A stretch of DNA of 64,000 nucleotides from assembly GCF_009914755.1 (NCBI RefSeq), contig NC_060926.1; one strand, written 5' to 3'. Below, piece after piece: positions 26,176-40,194 of this stretch. Under the pieces are notes generated by a model that made no database searches, was not told where the DNA came from, and saw nothing but the letters and a program-made list of their open reading frames with translations. Both the position numbers and the translations under genes were made by a program. The stretch comes from the human T2T-CHM13v2.0 reference genome, Homo sapiens. Positions within the stretch are counted from its first letter, which is position 1. Each line of letters begins with the position of its first letter.

Positions 26176-28406
26176 AGCGCTGGACCCTTCCAACCCCAGC
26201 GTAGGAAGGTGTTCGGGAGAAGCGAGGTGTTGCACACTTACTCTGCCATGCGAGTTCCCTGTGAGGAAATTGTATCTTTTTGCTGCTGCCTTAGATTACA
26301 ATAAATTAGAACTCTGGTGTCTTGTACCTGAGGTTGGTGGCACCCAGTCATTGTGAATAGACATTCAGGTGAGGGAGATCATTACATGAGACAGAATACA
26401 TCCAGGGAAAAACCAGTCCCTCCAGACTCTTTCGGGTCTCACTAATGAGAATGACATTTTGACCTGATGCTGGAATCCCACTAAATATTGAGTGCCTGGA
26501 CAGCTGAATGACTTTGATGTACACATAGCAATTCAGGTATAGCCGAGCAACTAAAGGACCAAAGACAGATGTACATTTTGGCTTCAGGAACTTACTTAAG
26601 GCTCATAGTTGTAGGTGACAGTTATTTTCAGTCTTGTCACATGCTGGCTTGTGGGCGTCCTCTGTCTGCCTGCAGGAGGTCAAGATTAGTATTTTTATAC
26701 TAAGGAACCGGCACCCCAGGATGTCAGATGGACCACTGGAGGGTGAATTGATAGTCCCGTGATGAGCCACTAGTCAGAGTGGGAGGTCCAGGCAGGGTCC
26801 CCACGTCGCTTGGAGTGTGGCCACTGATGCTCTGGCCAGGCGGGCCAATGCCATCAATCTTCCTGGACAGATCTTGTTTTGCTGTTCTGTTGCCTCTTTG
26901 CACAGACAGCAAGGGACAATAAAGGTTAGTCATTCTGCACTCAGGTAACTTTGCTCACTTGTTTGTATCTAAATATGCCTTTTAGGTAAACATCGTGCCA
27001 TCCTGCTGGCACGTAACCACCAAGACCGTCACGTATGGTTTATGGCCCAGTGCCATTAAATGATGTTTCTTGTGAGCTACAACTGGCCAACTTTTTTCCC
27101 AAACTGCATCACAAATTAAAATCTTCTAGTCTTTATAATGGCTGAAACCAATGTTTCCAAATCATTTTCAGTGCTAGTTCAACTGTGTCTTGCTTTCTAT
27201 GTGCTAACCAGTTTACAATCTACTTTTCTACAATTCCTACTGCTCAACACCAGAATACCAAAGTAATTTCTTAAGACCAAAGTTCAGAACTGAAAGGATA
27301 GAAAAGTTTGAAAGTATTATTTAAATCTTACATTTCAATAAACATGAGTCTGGTTTTGGCCTTTTCTTACTAGAATGCAGCACTGTTTATTGTTGGCATC
27401 TGTGTCATTGATGTGGTTATTTCGTTTCTAACGTCTTGCCACATGCTGGCTGCTCTCCTGAGGAGCGGCATTGCAGGCTTTGGTTACCTGTTTAAGCCAG
27501 GCACGATGGCAGTGCCTAGCTGTCCTTACCGGCCCTGGGACTTCAAGCAAATTACTCAGCATCTCTGAATGTGTTTGCTCCCGAGTCAAATGGGGCTGCC
27601 CTGTTGAGGGTGCTTGTGCAAGTGCTACCTAACAGTGACAGATGCCTTTGGGGGTGGCCTGCGTGTGTCAAGGGATCTACTCAACATTTTTCTCACTTGG
27701 AACTAACTCATTGGTGCCCTGTTAGCCAGGGGCTTCCTCAGGGCCCCCCTGAAGAGCCGACTGCCTCAGACCGTCAGTGTGATCCTTCCCTAGCAGTCTT
27801 AGGGCCAATGCACCCCTGCTTCTTAAAGCTTAAGACTCCTCGAGTGTTGAAGGGAGGTTGCTTCAACAAACTGTTGAGCTGTCTTTCTTAAATTAGAAGC
27901 CCAAACCAAAAGCCACACTCAGCCATACTCAGCACTGGCCTTCTTACCTGCAGTGGTTGGTGAATTCACATCCCTAAAAATGATCCTCTTCAGGGTAGGA
28001 AGTATCTTTGTTTTCTCCTTAGGGGTTGGGAGCAGGGTGGGATGGTGGGAAAAAGAAGTCCATTAAACCAACCAGTATTCCACAAATGTTGGGATGTTCC
28101 CCGCAGGCTTCAAGTAGATGAGAGTAGAACCCAAAGTCAGGTCTAAACCCCCTCATGAGAACCTCCCGCTGGAACATTCTCAGCCCAAGTGACACAGTGG
28201 CTATTGAGCATTGGGCAAAAGTTCAGTAAGCCAACTAGTGTCCAGAAAACCTGTGTTCCCCCCTACCCCCAGCAGATGGCATTCCCACTGCTGAGGAAGC
28301 CGGCCGTTCCTGAGTGTAGCCCACTTGGACCTCCAGCCATTAGGAAATGTGCTCCTTCTTGTGCTGTTCCTCAGACTCTGATTTGCAGGGCAACAGGGCA
28401 GTCATC

Positions 28407-31400
28407 TTTTTTTTTTTTTTTTATAACTTGTAAGTTCAGGGGGACATGTACAGGTTTGTTAGGTAGGTAAACTTGTGTCATAGGGATTTGTTGTACGGAC
28501 TATTTTGTTCCCCAGGTACTAAGCCTACTACCAATTATTTTTTCTAATCCCCTTCCTCTTCCCAGCCTCCACCTTCCAGTAGGCCCCAGTGTGTGTGGTT
28601 CCCCTCTGTGTCCATGTATTCTCATCATTTAGCTCCCACTTACAAGTGAGAACATGCTGTCTATGGTTTTCTGTTCCTGCATTAGTTTGCTAAGGATAAT
28701 GGCCTCCAGCTCCATCCATGTCCCTGCAAAGGACATGATCTTGTTCTTTCTTATGGCTGCATAGTATTCCGTGGTGTGTATGTACCACATTTTCTTTTTC
28801 CAGTCTACAATTAGTGGGCACTTAGGTTGATACCATGTCTTTGCTATTGTGAATAATGCTGCAATGAACATATGTGTGCATGTATCTTTATGATACAGCA
28901 ATTTATATTCCTTTGGATATTTACCTGCTAATAAGATTGCTGGGTTAAATGGTAGTTCTGTTTTTAGGTCTTTGAGGAATCACCACACTGCTTTTTGCAA
29001 TGATTGAACTAATTTACATTCCCACTAACAGTGTAAAAGTGTTCCTTTTTCTCTGTGACCTCACCAGCATCTGTTCTTTTTTGACTTTTTAATAGTAGCC
29101 ATTCTGACTGGTGTGGGATGGTATCTCATTGTGGTTTTGGTTTGCATTTCTCTAATGACCAGTGATGCTGAGCTTTTTTTCATGTTTGTTGGCCACATGT
29201 ATGTCTTATTTTGAAAAGTGTCTGTTCATGTCTTTTGCCCACTTTTTATTGAGGTGGGTTTTTTTCTTGTAAATTTGTTTAAGTTCCTTATAGATACTGA
29301 ATATTAGACCTTTGTCAGATGCAGAATTTGCGAAAATGTTCTGCCATTCTGTAGGTTGTCTGTTTACTCTGTGGATAGTTTCTTTTGCTGTGCAGAAGCT
29401 CTTTAGTTTATTTAGATCTCATTTGTCAACTTTTGCTTTAGTTGCAATTGCTTTTGGTATCTTTGTCATGAAATCCTTGCCTGTTCCTATGTCCAGAGTG
29501 GTATTGCCTAGGTTGTCTTCCAGAGTTTTTATAATTTTGGGTTTCACATGTTAAGTCTTTAATCCATCTTGAGTTGATTTTTGTATATGGTGTAAGGAAG
29601 GGATCCAGTTTCAATCTTCTTCACCAGCCAGCCGGTTATCCCAGCAGCATTTATTGAATAAGGAGTCCTTTCCCCATTGCTTGTCATTTGTCAACTTGGT
29701 CAAAAATCAGATGGTTGCATGTGTAGTGGCCTTATTCTTTGGCTCTCTATTCTGTTCCTCCATTGGTCTATATGTCTGGTTTTTTTTTTTTACCAGTACC
29801 ATGCTGTTTTGGTTACTGTAGCCCTGTAGTATAGTTTGAAGTCAGGTAGCATGATGCCTCCAGCTTTCTTCTTTTTGCTTAGGATTGCCTTGGCTATTTC
29901 AGCTCTTTTTTGGTTCCATATAAATTTTAAAATGTTTTTTTATAGTTCCGTAAATAATGTCAATGGCAGTTTAATAGGAACAACACTGAATCTATAAATT
30001 GCTTTGGGCAGTATGGCCATTTTAACAATATTGATTCTTCCTATCCAGGAGCATGAATTTTTTTTCCATTTGTTGGTGTCATTTCTTTAAGCAGTGTTTT
30101 GCAGGTCTTCTTGTAGAGCTCTTTCACCTCCCTGGTTAGCTGTATTCCTAGGTATTTTATTCTTTTTGTGGCAATTGTGAATGGGATTCTGTTGCTCATT
30201 TGGCTCTTGGCTTGACTGTTGTTGGTGTGTAAGAATGCTAGTGATTTTTGTATGTTGACTTTATAGAAGTTGTTTATAAGCTGAAGGATCTTTGCAGAAG
30301 TTGTTTATCAGCTGAAGGAGCTTTTGGGCTGAGACTATGGGTTTTTCTAGATATGGGGTCATGTCATCTGCAAACAGGGATAGTTTGACTTCTCTCTTCC
30401 TATTTGGATGCCCTTTATTTCTTTCTCTTGCCTGACTGCTCTGGCCAGAACTTTCAATACTATGTTAAATAGGAGAGAGGGCATCCTTGTCTTGTGCTAG
30501 TTTCCAAGGGCAATGCTTCCAGCTTTTGCCCATTCAATATGATATAGGCTGTCGGTTTGTCATAGATCACTTATTTTGAGGTATGTTCCCTCAATACCTC
30601 ATTTATTGGGAGTTTTTAACATGAAGTTGTGTTAAATTTTATTGAAAGCCTTTTCTGCATCTATTGAGATAATTGTCTTTGGTCTTTAGTTCAGTTTATG
30701 TGATGAATCACATTTATTCATTTGCATATGTTGAACCAACCTTGCATCCCAGGGATAAAGCCTACTTGATCATGGTGGATAAGTTTTTTGATGTGCTGTT
30801 GGATTTGGTTTGCCTGTATTTTGTTGAGGATTTTTGTGTCAATATTTATCAAGGATACTGGCCTAAAGTTTGCTTTTTTTGTTGTGTCTCTGCCAGGTTT
30901 TGGTATCAGGGTGATGCTGGCCTTATAGATGAGTTAGGAGTCCCTCCTACTCAATTTTTTAGAATGGTTTCAGTAGGAATGGGTACCAGCTCTTCTGTGT
31001 ATGTCTGGTAGAATTCAGCTGTGAATCCATCTGGTCCTGGGCTTTTTTTGTTAGATAGGCTATTTATTACTGATTCAATTTCAGAGCTCATTATTGGTCT
31101 GTTCAGGGATCCAGTTTCTTCCTGTTTCAGTTTTGGAGGGTGTATGTGTCTAGGAATTTTTCCATTTCTTCCAGATTTTCTAGTTTATGTGCATAGAGGT
31201 ATTAATAATATTCTCTGATGATGATTTGTATTTCTGTGGGGTCAGTGGTAGTATCCCCTTTGTCATTTCTAATTGTGTTTATTTGGATCTTCTCTCTTCT
31301 TTATTAGTCTAGTTAGCAGTCTATCTGCTTTATTAATTTTTTTTCAGAAAACCAACTCCTGGATTTGTTCATCTTTTGAATTTTTTTGTGTGTCTTTATC

Positions 31401-33824
31401 TCCTTCAGTTCAGCTCTGATCTTGGTTATTTCTTGTCTTCTGCTAGCTTTGGGGTTGGTTTGCTCTTGGTTCTCTAGTTCTTTTAGTTGTGATATTAGGT
31501 TGTTAAATTAAGATCTTTCTAACTTGATGTGGGCATTTAGTGCTATAAATTTCCCTCACAACACTGTCTTAGCTGTGTCCCAGAGATTCTGGCATGTTGT
31601 ATCTTTGTTCTTATTAGTTTCAGAGAACTTTGTGATTTCTGCCTTAATTTCATTATCTACCCAAAAGTCATTCAGGAGCAGGTTATTCAATTTCTTTGTA
31701 ATTATATGGTTTTCAGCAATTTCCTTAGTCTTGATCTCTAATATTATTGTGCTGTGGTCTAAGAAAGCGGTTGTTTTGATTACAGTTCTTTTGCATTTGC
31801 TGAGGAGTATTTTGTGTCCAATTATGGGGCTGATTTTAAAATATGTCTCATGTGCAGATAAGAATGTATATTCTGTTGTTTTGAGGTAGAGAGTTCTGTA
31901 GATGTCTATCTGGTCCATTTGGTCCAATGTTGAGTTTGGGTCCTGAATATCGTTGCTAGTTTTCTTCCTTGATCTGCCTAATACTATCAGTAGGGTGTTG
32001 AAGTCTCCCACTATTATTGCATGGGAATCTAAGTCTCTTTGAAGGTCTCTAAGAACTTGCTTTATGAATCTGGGTGTCCTGTGTTGGGTACCTATATATT
32101 TAGGATAGTTACGTCTTCTTGTTGAATGGAACCCTTTACAATTATGTAATGCCCTTGTCTTTTTAAATTTTTGTTAAAGTCTGTTTTGTCTGAAATTAGG
32201 ATTGCAACCCCTGCTTTTTTTGTTTTCCATTTGCTTGGTAGATTTTTCTCCATCTCTTTATTTTAAGCCTATGGGTGTCACTACATGTGAGATGGGTCTC
32301 TTGAATACAGCATACCAATGGGTCTTGGATTTTGTTTTGTTTTGTTTTGTTTTTTGTTTTTTTGTTTTTAATCCAGCTTGCCACTCTGTGCCTTTTATTT
32401 GGGGCATTTAGCCCATTTACATTCAAGGTTGGTATTGATATGTGTGGATTTGACCCTGCCATCATGATGTTAGCTGGTTATTAAGACTTGTTTGTGTGGT
32501 TGCTTTATAGAGTCACTGTTCTGTGTACGTCAGTATATTTTTGTGTTGACTGGTAACAGTCTTTCTTTTTCATATTTAGTGCTCCTTTCAAGATCTCTTG
32601 TAAGGCGGGCCCAGTGGTAACAAACTCCCTCAGCATTTGCTTATCTGAAAAGGATCTTATTTCCCCTTCTCTTATGAAGCTTAATTTGGCTGGATATGAA
32701 ATTCTTGGTTGAAGATTATGTGTCTTGAGGAACGTTGAATATAGGCCCCCAATCTCTTCTAGCTTGTAGAGTTTCTACTGAGAGGTCTGCTGTTAGCCTG
32801 ATGGGATTCCCTTTGTAGGTGACTTGCCCTCTCCCTCTAGCTGACTTTAGCATTCTTTCTTGCATTTCAACCTTGGAAAATCTGATGATTACGTGTTGTG
32901 GGATTGATCTTATTTTGAAGTATCTTACTGGGGTTCTCTGCATTTCCTGAATTTGAATGTTGGCCTCTCTAGCTAGTTGAAGAAGATTCACTCCTGTGGC
33001 AGTGTTGGATGCATGCAGACATGCTTACTGACAGGGCAGGGAAGGCAAAACCTGCTGGCACACACACTCTGGCAAAGCAATGTTGGGGGTGGCTATGGGC
33101 CTTGGGGAAGCTGCTGTTGGGGGAGGAAGCAAGCAGGTTGCTGCATGGCCGTGGGGGACACCTCACTGGAATTCTCCATTAGTCAGCCATGGTGCACCAG
33201 TGCAGGATGTGGGCCCCCAAGGTAGCTGAGGCTTTCCTGCAAGTGGACTCAGCCAGGCTGGGGCCTCAGGAGAGGCCAGCAGACCAAGGGCACTGAGGTC
33301 CAGACTGGCCCTGTCTGATGGGCAAGACAGCTCTGCAGAGTTCAGGTCTGACAGTTCCCAGAGGGCTAAAGTCTCCTATGAGAACAAGTCGAGCCTAGGA
33401 GGCTGGGCATCCCTGACCATGCTCCACTGCAGATGCTCCCACACCAAACCCTCTGGGCTCTGCATCAGTTGGCATGCCCCACTACCACTTCTCTAAGCAG
33501 CTCTCCCTGCAAACTCGAGTGTCCACAGTGGTCGAAGGGTCTCCTGCCAGGATTCCAGGTGCCCGTGGTGAGAGCAGGTTGCTCCTTGTCAGTTCAATTC
33601 ACCCATTACCCCAGAGTCACTGGGGGCCAGGAGTGAGTCCTGGTGTGCAGTAGCCCTTCCATTCAGGGTTCCCAACTTCCTCCCCATTCAGCTCAGCTTC
33701 TGTATCTTCCCTCCATGTACTCTCACAGCCTTCCCTCTGAAGATCTGTTGGGACTGTGCCAGTGGTCTTGGTCCCTCAGTGGCAGCTGTTCCACCTGGCT
33801 GCATCTAGTTGGCCTTCTTGCCCC
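28407..33824 (-). mobile_element. Old primate LINE-1 (L1PA13-16-like), both ends present, internally deleted, ORFs disrupted
   Basis: Poly(T) at 28407-22. ORF2 C-terminal remnant (KDTCTHMFIAALFTIAKTW) at 28629-901. Endonuclease remnants (GDFNT at 31556-32011, LNVNGLN/QETHL at 32196-465). ORF1 C-terminal half at 32716-991. 5' terminus ggggcaagaaggccaactagatgcagccagg on the minus strand. Confidence 0.93.
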
Positions 33825-33989
33825 AAAAAATCTCTATCTGCATTTTTAACATGCTGCTGGAAGATTCCAATGAGGTGGTTTGGACCTGCACTTTGGGTTC
33901 TAGTCTAGTCTACTTGAAACCTCTAGGGAAACACGTTGCTCTCAATGCATGCCATCTACAGCATGTCCTTCTCCTTGGGCCATATAGAA

Positions 33990-34258
33990 TAGGGGTCCCT
34001 AACCCCTGGACCATGGACCACTACTGGTCCATGGCCTGTTAGGACCCAGGCTTCACAGCAGGAAGTGAGCAGCAGGCAAGCGAGTGAGCATTACTCCCTG
34101 AGCTCCGCCTCCTGTCAGATCCGTGGCAGCATTAGATTCTCATAGGAGTGCAAACCCTATTGTGAACTGTGCATGCAAGGGACCTAGGTTGTGCACTCGT
34201 TATGAGAATGTAACTAATGCCTGATGATCTGAGATGGAACAGTTTCATCCCAAAACCG

Positions 34259-34296
<38 letters not shown>

Positions 34297-34345
34297 TTGT
34301 GGAAAAGTTGTCTTCCACAAAGCCAATCCAGGTTGGGGACTACTG
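33990..34345. mobile_element. MER1B-like hAT-Charlie element
   Basis: Terminal inverted repeats taggggtccctaacc / ggttggggactactg. Perfect 8-bp TSD atatagaa at 33982-89 and 34346-53. Confidence 0.9.
34260..34293. repeat. (CA)17 microsatellite inside MER1B
   Basis: Direct reading of the sequence. Confidence 0.95.
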
Positions 34346-35309
34346 ATATAGAAAGAAATGTCTGATCTTTAAGGCCCAGAGTGATTATTTTTCTCTTTTG
34401 TTAACTGTCTTACTTGCCTTAACCTCCATCAGGTTTCCCACAGCACAGCTACTAGCCATACAAACTCACTGGAAAGACTCGTGCTGTTCTATCTTTGGCA
34501 GATCCTGCTACCTGACACTAAATGACTATTGAAGATAGACAAGCCTGACAGCTGGTGTGAAAGCTCGCCTTTGACAGCTTTCAAAAAATCCCTGAGCTCC
34601 TCTCCAGTGGCCAGCATTTGGTCAGGAACCAGGGCACCAGGGCCTTGTCCTCAAGCATCTGCTGGTTGGTGGGGGCATGTGGCCTTCCAAGATTAGGTCA
34701 TGGCCCAAGGAAGCCCCTAGTCCAGAAAGTCAGTGGACTTGTGTAAAGCAAAGGCCTGTGCTCATGGTGGTGGAGTGCGCCTCCATCGGTGCACACCCTG
34801 CATCTGAGCCTGGGTGCTCCTCACCAGCGGCTTGACCTCCAGCCAGTGCTGAGAACTCTGTACCTCCAAAACACTGGTGCAGAGCTGCATTTTTTAATAC
34901 AGCCATTTGAGGGGGATATTAGAGTTGTTAGGCGTTGTTGTACATTTAGACAATGTAAACTGCGTAATGTGAAATACTTAGCACATTTGTATAGCTGGTT
35001 AAATGGGCTTAATGAAAAGGAAAAAAATAGGTTAATGTGCTAAATTATTATCTAAATGAAGCTAGTAGTGACTTATACAAGATTTCAGACCACATCTACA
35101 TGTAGTACCATAGAGACACTGTGTTCAAATGATTTTAACCTAGAACTCCATCCAGTCCCACAGGGAATGGGATGTCAGTAATATTCATTTCCACAAGTGC
35201 CAGGGAGGTCCTGTCCTGTGCAGTGAAGAGCAGAGAATAAAAAGATGAGGGAGGCTTGACATTGAGGTAATGAAACTAAAATACTTGCCCAATCAGAATG
35301 CAAATATCC

Positions 35310-35632
<323 letters not shown>

Positions 35633-36075
35633 TCATATCCCGTTAGTTCTATGACAGTGGTGGCTTGAGGTGTTGGAGAATAACAGGTGCTGTCTTTGTT
35701 AAAGGTGCATTTGGAATTTGTCTTTGGGAACTGCCCACCCATATACTGTGGGGTAGCCTTGGATTATCTGTGGTGGAAAATCTTTCAGGTTGTGCTTTTT
35801 TTGAGGTAGGGAAAGTGATACTGGTTACAAATCCATTTAGAAATAAATCATTTGGAGGAATCTTAATTTTCTTCACTTTTTTATACATCTTTTTTTATTA
35901 TCTGGATGAAAAATATAGAGAAAAAAGTTGAATATTTTTAAATTGCATGGAAACCAAATTTAAGTTGAGTAAAAGTAGATATTCATATTGGTTATACTGG
36001 TGGTAGGAAAATAGGAGAAAGATTTCTTCTCTGGAATTTGTTTGGTTTCCCGGTGGTATTAGAAAATAATTTTCT

Positions 36076-36220
36076 GGCAGGGTATAGTGGCTCACACCTG
36101 TAATCCCAGCAATTTGCAGAATCTCTTGAACCCAGAAGGTGGAGGTCGCAGTGAGCCCAGATTGCACCATTGCACTCCAGCCTGGGCAACAAGAGAGAAA
36201 CTCCATCTCAAAAAAAAAAA
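36076..36220 (+). mobile_element. Monomer-length, internally deleted Alu
   Basis: Left-arm start fused to distal right arm. Perfect 15-bp TSD agaaaataattttct at 36061-75 and 36221-35. Confidence 0.9.
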
Positions 36221-36479
36221 AGAAAATAATTTTCTCTTTAGTCAATATTTTCACCAAAAGTGCTTGTTAACATGATTTGCAAATTTCAGAATGTAATGAA
36301 GTCAATGAACAGATTGGTGTTGCAAAATACTGAATTCCTAATCTAGGTAATCTAGAAAAAATGTTTTGGTTCCCTTCTTAGTGAAGTCTACCATGACTAT
36401 CCCATTAATAATGAAACTTGCCCTCTTCTCTTTCGTCTTTCCCCTGTAGTACTTATCAACTTCTAACATGAATAATTTA

Positions 36480-36640
36480 CTTACTAGGGTTATTATTCTC
36501 TCTGTCAACACACACACAGCTAGCATGAAGTTCCATACAGGCAGCGATATTTGTTTTGTTAACTGATGTAGCCTAAATAGACCAGTGCTTGGCATCTAGC
36601 AGGTGCTCAATAAATTAGTTTAAAAGCACTGAATGAATCA
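36480..36640 (+). mobile_element. L2 3' end
   Basis: cagtgcttggcatctagcaggtgctcaataaat...tgaatgaat. Confidence 0.65.
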
Positions 36641-38094
36641 ACCTGAGAAAAAGAGAACAGTGTACTCTGAGTCCTTTAATATCTGAAAATGCCTTTATAT
36701 TGCCCTTGAAAACAAACGCTTGCTTAGCTGGACATGGTTCATGCATCACATTCTTTTCTTGCAAAATTCTACATAGTATTCTATCATCTTTTGGGATTTA
36801 GTCAAGCCAAGTCAGATGCCATGACTATCCTTGTGACTTGGGTCAAAGGCTCACTTGTGTCACTGATTCCTGCCTTTCTCATTTAGCGGCTGCCCCACAC
36901 ATCTGCCTCCAACTCCAGCACCACCTTTTTCCTTCATAAGGTCCTTACCCACCCCCTTGGTCCCCAGTGCATAAAATTTCCTATTCTCAACCTCCAGGCA
37001 ATTGGTCTGTTTTCTTACTGCTTTCTGCCAGACTAAATAGTCATTTTTAATGGCACAGCCATCCTATAATTTCTTTCTTCTGAAGTCTTTCCTTTCTGAA
37101 CCTCTGCTGTACTCTCATCACTTCACTGCCATCAAGGAAGGCTCACTGGTTCCCTCCTGTCCCATGGGGATAGAGGATGAGATCCAAACTAGCAGACAAC
37201 CCAAGCCGCAGACTGCTAATGTGCTTCAACTTCCCTTCCAACCTCAGTTTCTCACATCTCCTAATTAGAAACTGTGTTTTCGAAATTCCACAAAGAGGCT
37301 TGGCACAGGCATTCACCTTTCCCTGTCGGGTTCATGCTCTTCCCCAGGCACTTTTGTGATATGGGGGACTTGCTCTGCCTTCAAGCCCTGATGTCCCAGC
37401 TCCTCCTTTCTCATGCTGCTCCTTCTCCTGGGAGACCAGCAGTATTTATATGGCACCAGGGCTACACTTGATTGTCGCTGGCCAGCTTTCCTTGTATCTC
37501 TCTGTGTCTTTTCTCCTCCATCAGACTATCAACAATTCGACTTGATATGATATTGCCATTTTTTATCAAAATGATTGAATATTCTCAATTTCATGGTTCA
37601 CAAAAAACTTAAACTTTTCCCAAAGTTATTAATATGTACTCTCTGTACATGGTAGGTGCTTAACAGACATTTGTTGACTGATGAACAACAGGAAAAGAGA
37701 ACCTATAAAATAAGGTAGCAGGCTTCTCTCTAGCTTAATTGGAGGTAAGCCAAACCCACTTTAAGTCACTAGAAAGGTCTTACCCGCCCCTTAATTAAGC
37801 CAACGTTTAATGAAGCCAACTTAAGCATTAGCTAAAAAGTATATTCTAGGTTTCAGTGGTACTTTCATTTACCTTGAGTTTGCACATGCGAGCCTTGGAG
37901 AGGACAGACCACTGGGCCTCCTGTGTCTCCACCATTGCTGAAGACCATATGGCATCTGAGAATGAGCTCCACTGAGTTGGATCTTCAAGCCCAGGATGTC
38001 ATTAGCTAGTGCTGTTATTTCTTATCTGTCTAAATCTACCACAGAACTTTTGAAAAATCCTTTAAGTTGGGTACCAGATGTGGTCCGTAATACT

Positions 38095-38832
38095 TTTTAA
38101 GATTGTAGGAAAATATGCATACCATAAAGTTTGCCATCATAACTACTTTTAACTGTACACAGCTCAGTGGTGGTAAATACATCCACACTGTTGTACAACC
38201 ATCATCACCATCCATCTCCAGAACTTCTTCATTTTCACAAACAGAAACTCTGTCCCCATTAAACAACAACAACTCATCCCCAGCCCTGCAGCCCCCCAGC
38301 CCCTGGCAACTATCATTCTACTTTTTCTACGAATTTGACTATTCTAGGTACCTCATAGAAGTGGAATCATACAGTGTTTAACTTTTCTGCAACAGGCTTG
38401 CTTCACTTAGCATAATGTTCTCAAAGGTCATCCATATTGTAGCATGTGTCAGAATTTCCTTCCTATTTCAGGTTGAATAATATTCCATTCTACGGATAGA
38501 GCACATTTTGTTTATTCATCTTTCAGTGGACATTTGTGTGGCTTCCACCTTTCCAGCTACTGCCAATAATGCTGCTGTGAACGTGGGTGTGCAAATATCT
38601 GTTTGAGTTCCTGCTTTCAGTTCTTTGAGGTATGCAGCCGTAAGTGGAATTGCTGGATCATATGATAATGTTATTTTTAAATTTTTAAGGAGCTGCCAAA
38701 CTGTTTTCCATAGCAGCTGTACCATTTTACTTCCTACTAACAGTGGATAAGCGTTCCAATTTCTCCACATCCTTGTCAACACTTATTTTCTGTTGTTGTT
38801 TTTTTTTTTCAGGGTAGCCATTCTAATGGGTA
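38095..38832 (-). mobile_element. L1M (L1MA/MB-like) 3' fragment
   Basis: Minus-strand ORF2 C-terminal remnant (WKTVWQLLKNLKITLSYDPAIPL) plus 3'UTR. Confidence 0.85.
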
Positions 38833-39534
38833 TCACAATTGTGACACTTTTATAAAGTGCAGAGGAAGTGTCATTCCATTAGAACTTAATCTCACGTCTG
38901 TAACTGGATGTGGGAACTTAAACTTCAGTGTCTGCATATCCTCAAACCAACACACATCTTGGCATTAAAAAGTACATTCAACTTACATGATATAGTACCA
39001 TCTTGAAAGATTAATTTGTAGCTACCTTAACCCACAGGTGATGTGCACGGAGTCCAGTTTACCCAAATTTGGAAAAGTGGAAATCTGAAAGAAAATTAGC
39101 AGAAGACTGGAGATTAGTTCTAAAAGTTGTTGCTAGAAGATAATTAGCATTTAAATTGGCCAAGTTGAGCAATAAAAATAAAAGTATTTTAAAAATTTTT
39201 GAGTATAAAAGTATAAAAGGAAAAATAAAAGTAGCCTTAACCATCACCATTTCCCCTCTGCCTGTAACTTTAATGGATTTAATCCTCTCGGATAGGAGCA
39301 GGCAACCCAGCCCCACTGGGACAGTTGGGCTGGAAAGTTTTATCTGTCTCTGCACACTTTAGACCCCCTTTCTCTTTCACGCACATCTGTAGCTCTTCAT
39401 TGAGCCATTGTTGAGATGTTGGTTCCTGTGCTAGGCCATGGGTTGCAGTAGCAAAAAATATACACAGATCTCTGCCCTCAGGGAGCTTGCATTTTATGGG
39501 AATCCGTATATGAGAAAACAAATCATGCAAGTTA

Positions 39535-39800
<266 letters not shown>

Positions 39801-39902
39801 AATGAGGTGGCTGCCTAACTTAATCAGGATGATTTAAAAACAAAAATAGAGAAATTTTATTCATTTATTTTTGTGTGTGTTGCCAAGATACAGACATAGA
39901 AA

Positions 39903-40194
39903 TTTTATTTTTTTAGACAGGGTCTCACGTCGTCACCCAGGCTGGAGTACAGTGGCACAAACACGGTTCAGTGAGCCTCGACCTCCTGGGCTCAAGTGAT
40001 ACTCCCGCCTCAGCCCCACAAGTAGCTGGGACCAAAGATGCACACCACCATGCCCAGCTAATTTTTGTATTTTCTGTAGAGATGGGGTCTCACTGTGTTG
40101 CCCAGGCTGGTCTTAAACTCCTGGGCTCGAGGGGTCCACCCGCCTCGGCCTCCCAAAGTGCTGGGATTATAGGCGTGAGCCACCATACCTAACC
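39903..40194 (-). mobile_element. AluJ
   Basis: agacagggtctcac...ctcctgggctcaagtgat...gagccaccatacctaacc. Confidence 0.92.

Noticed and set aside
28629-32991. L1 ORF1/ORF2 as active retrotransposon genes
   Set aside because: Fragmented by stops and frameshifts, and ORF1 is truncated.
34011-34034. Hairpin ccatggacca-ctac-tggtccatgg
   Set aside because: Derives from the internal palindrome of the MER1 element.
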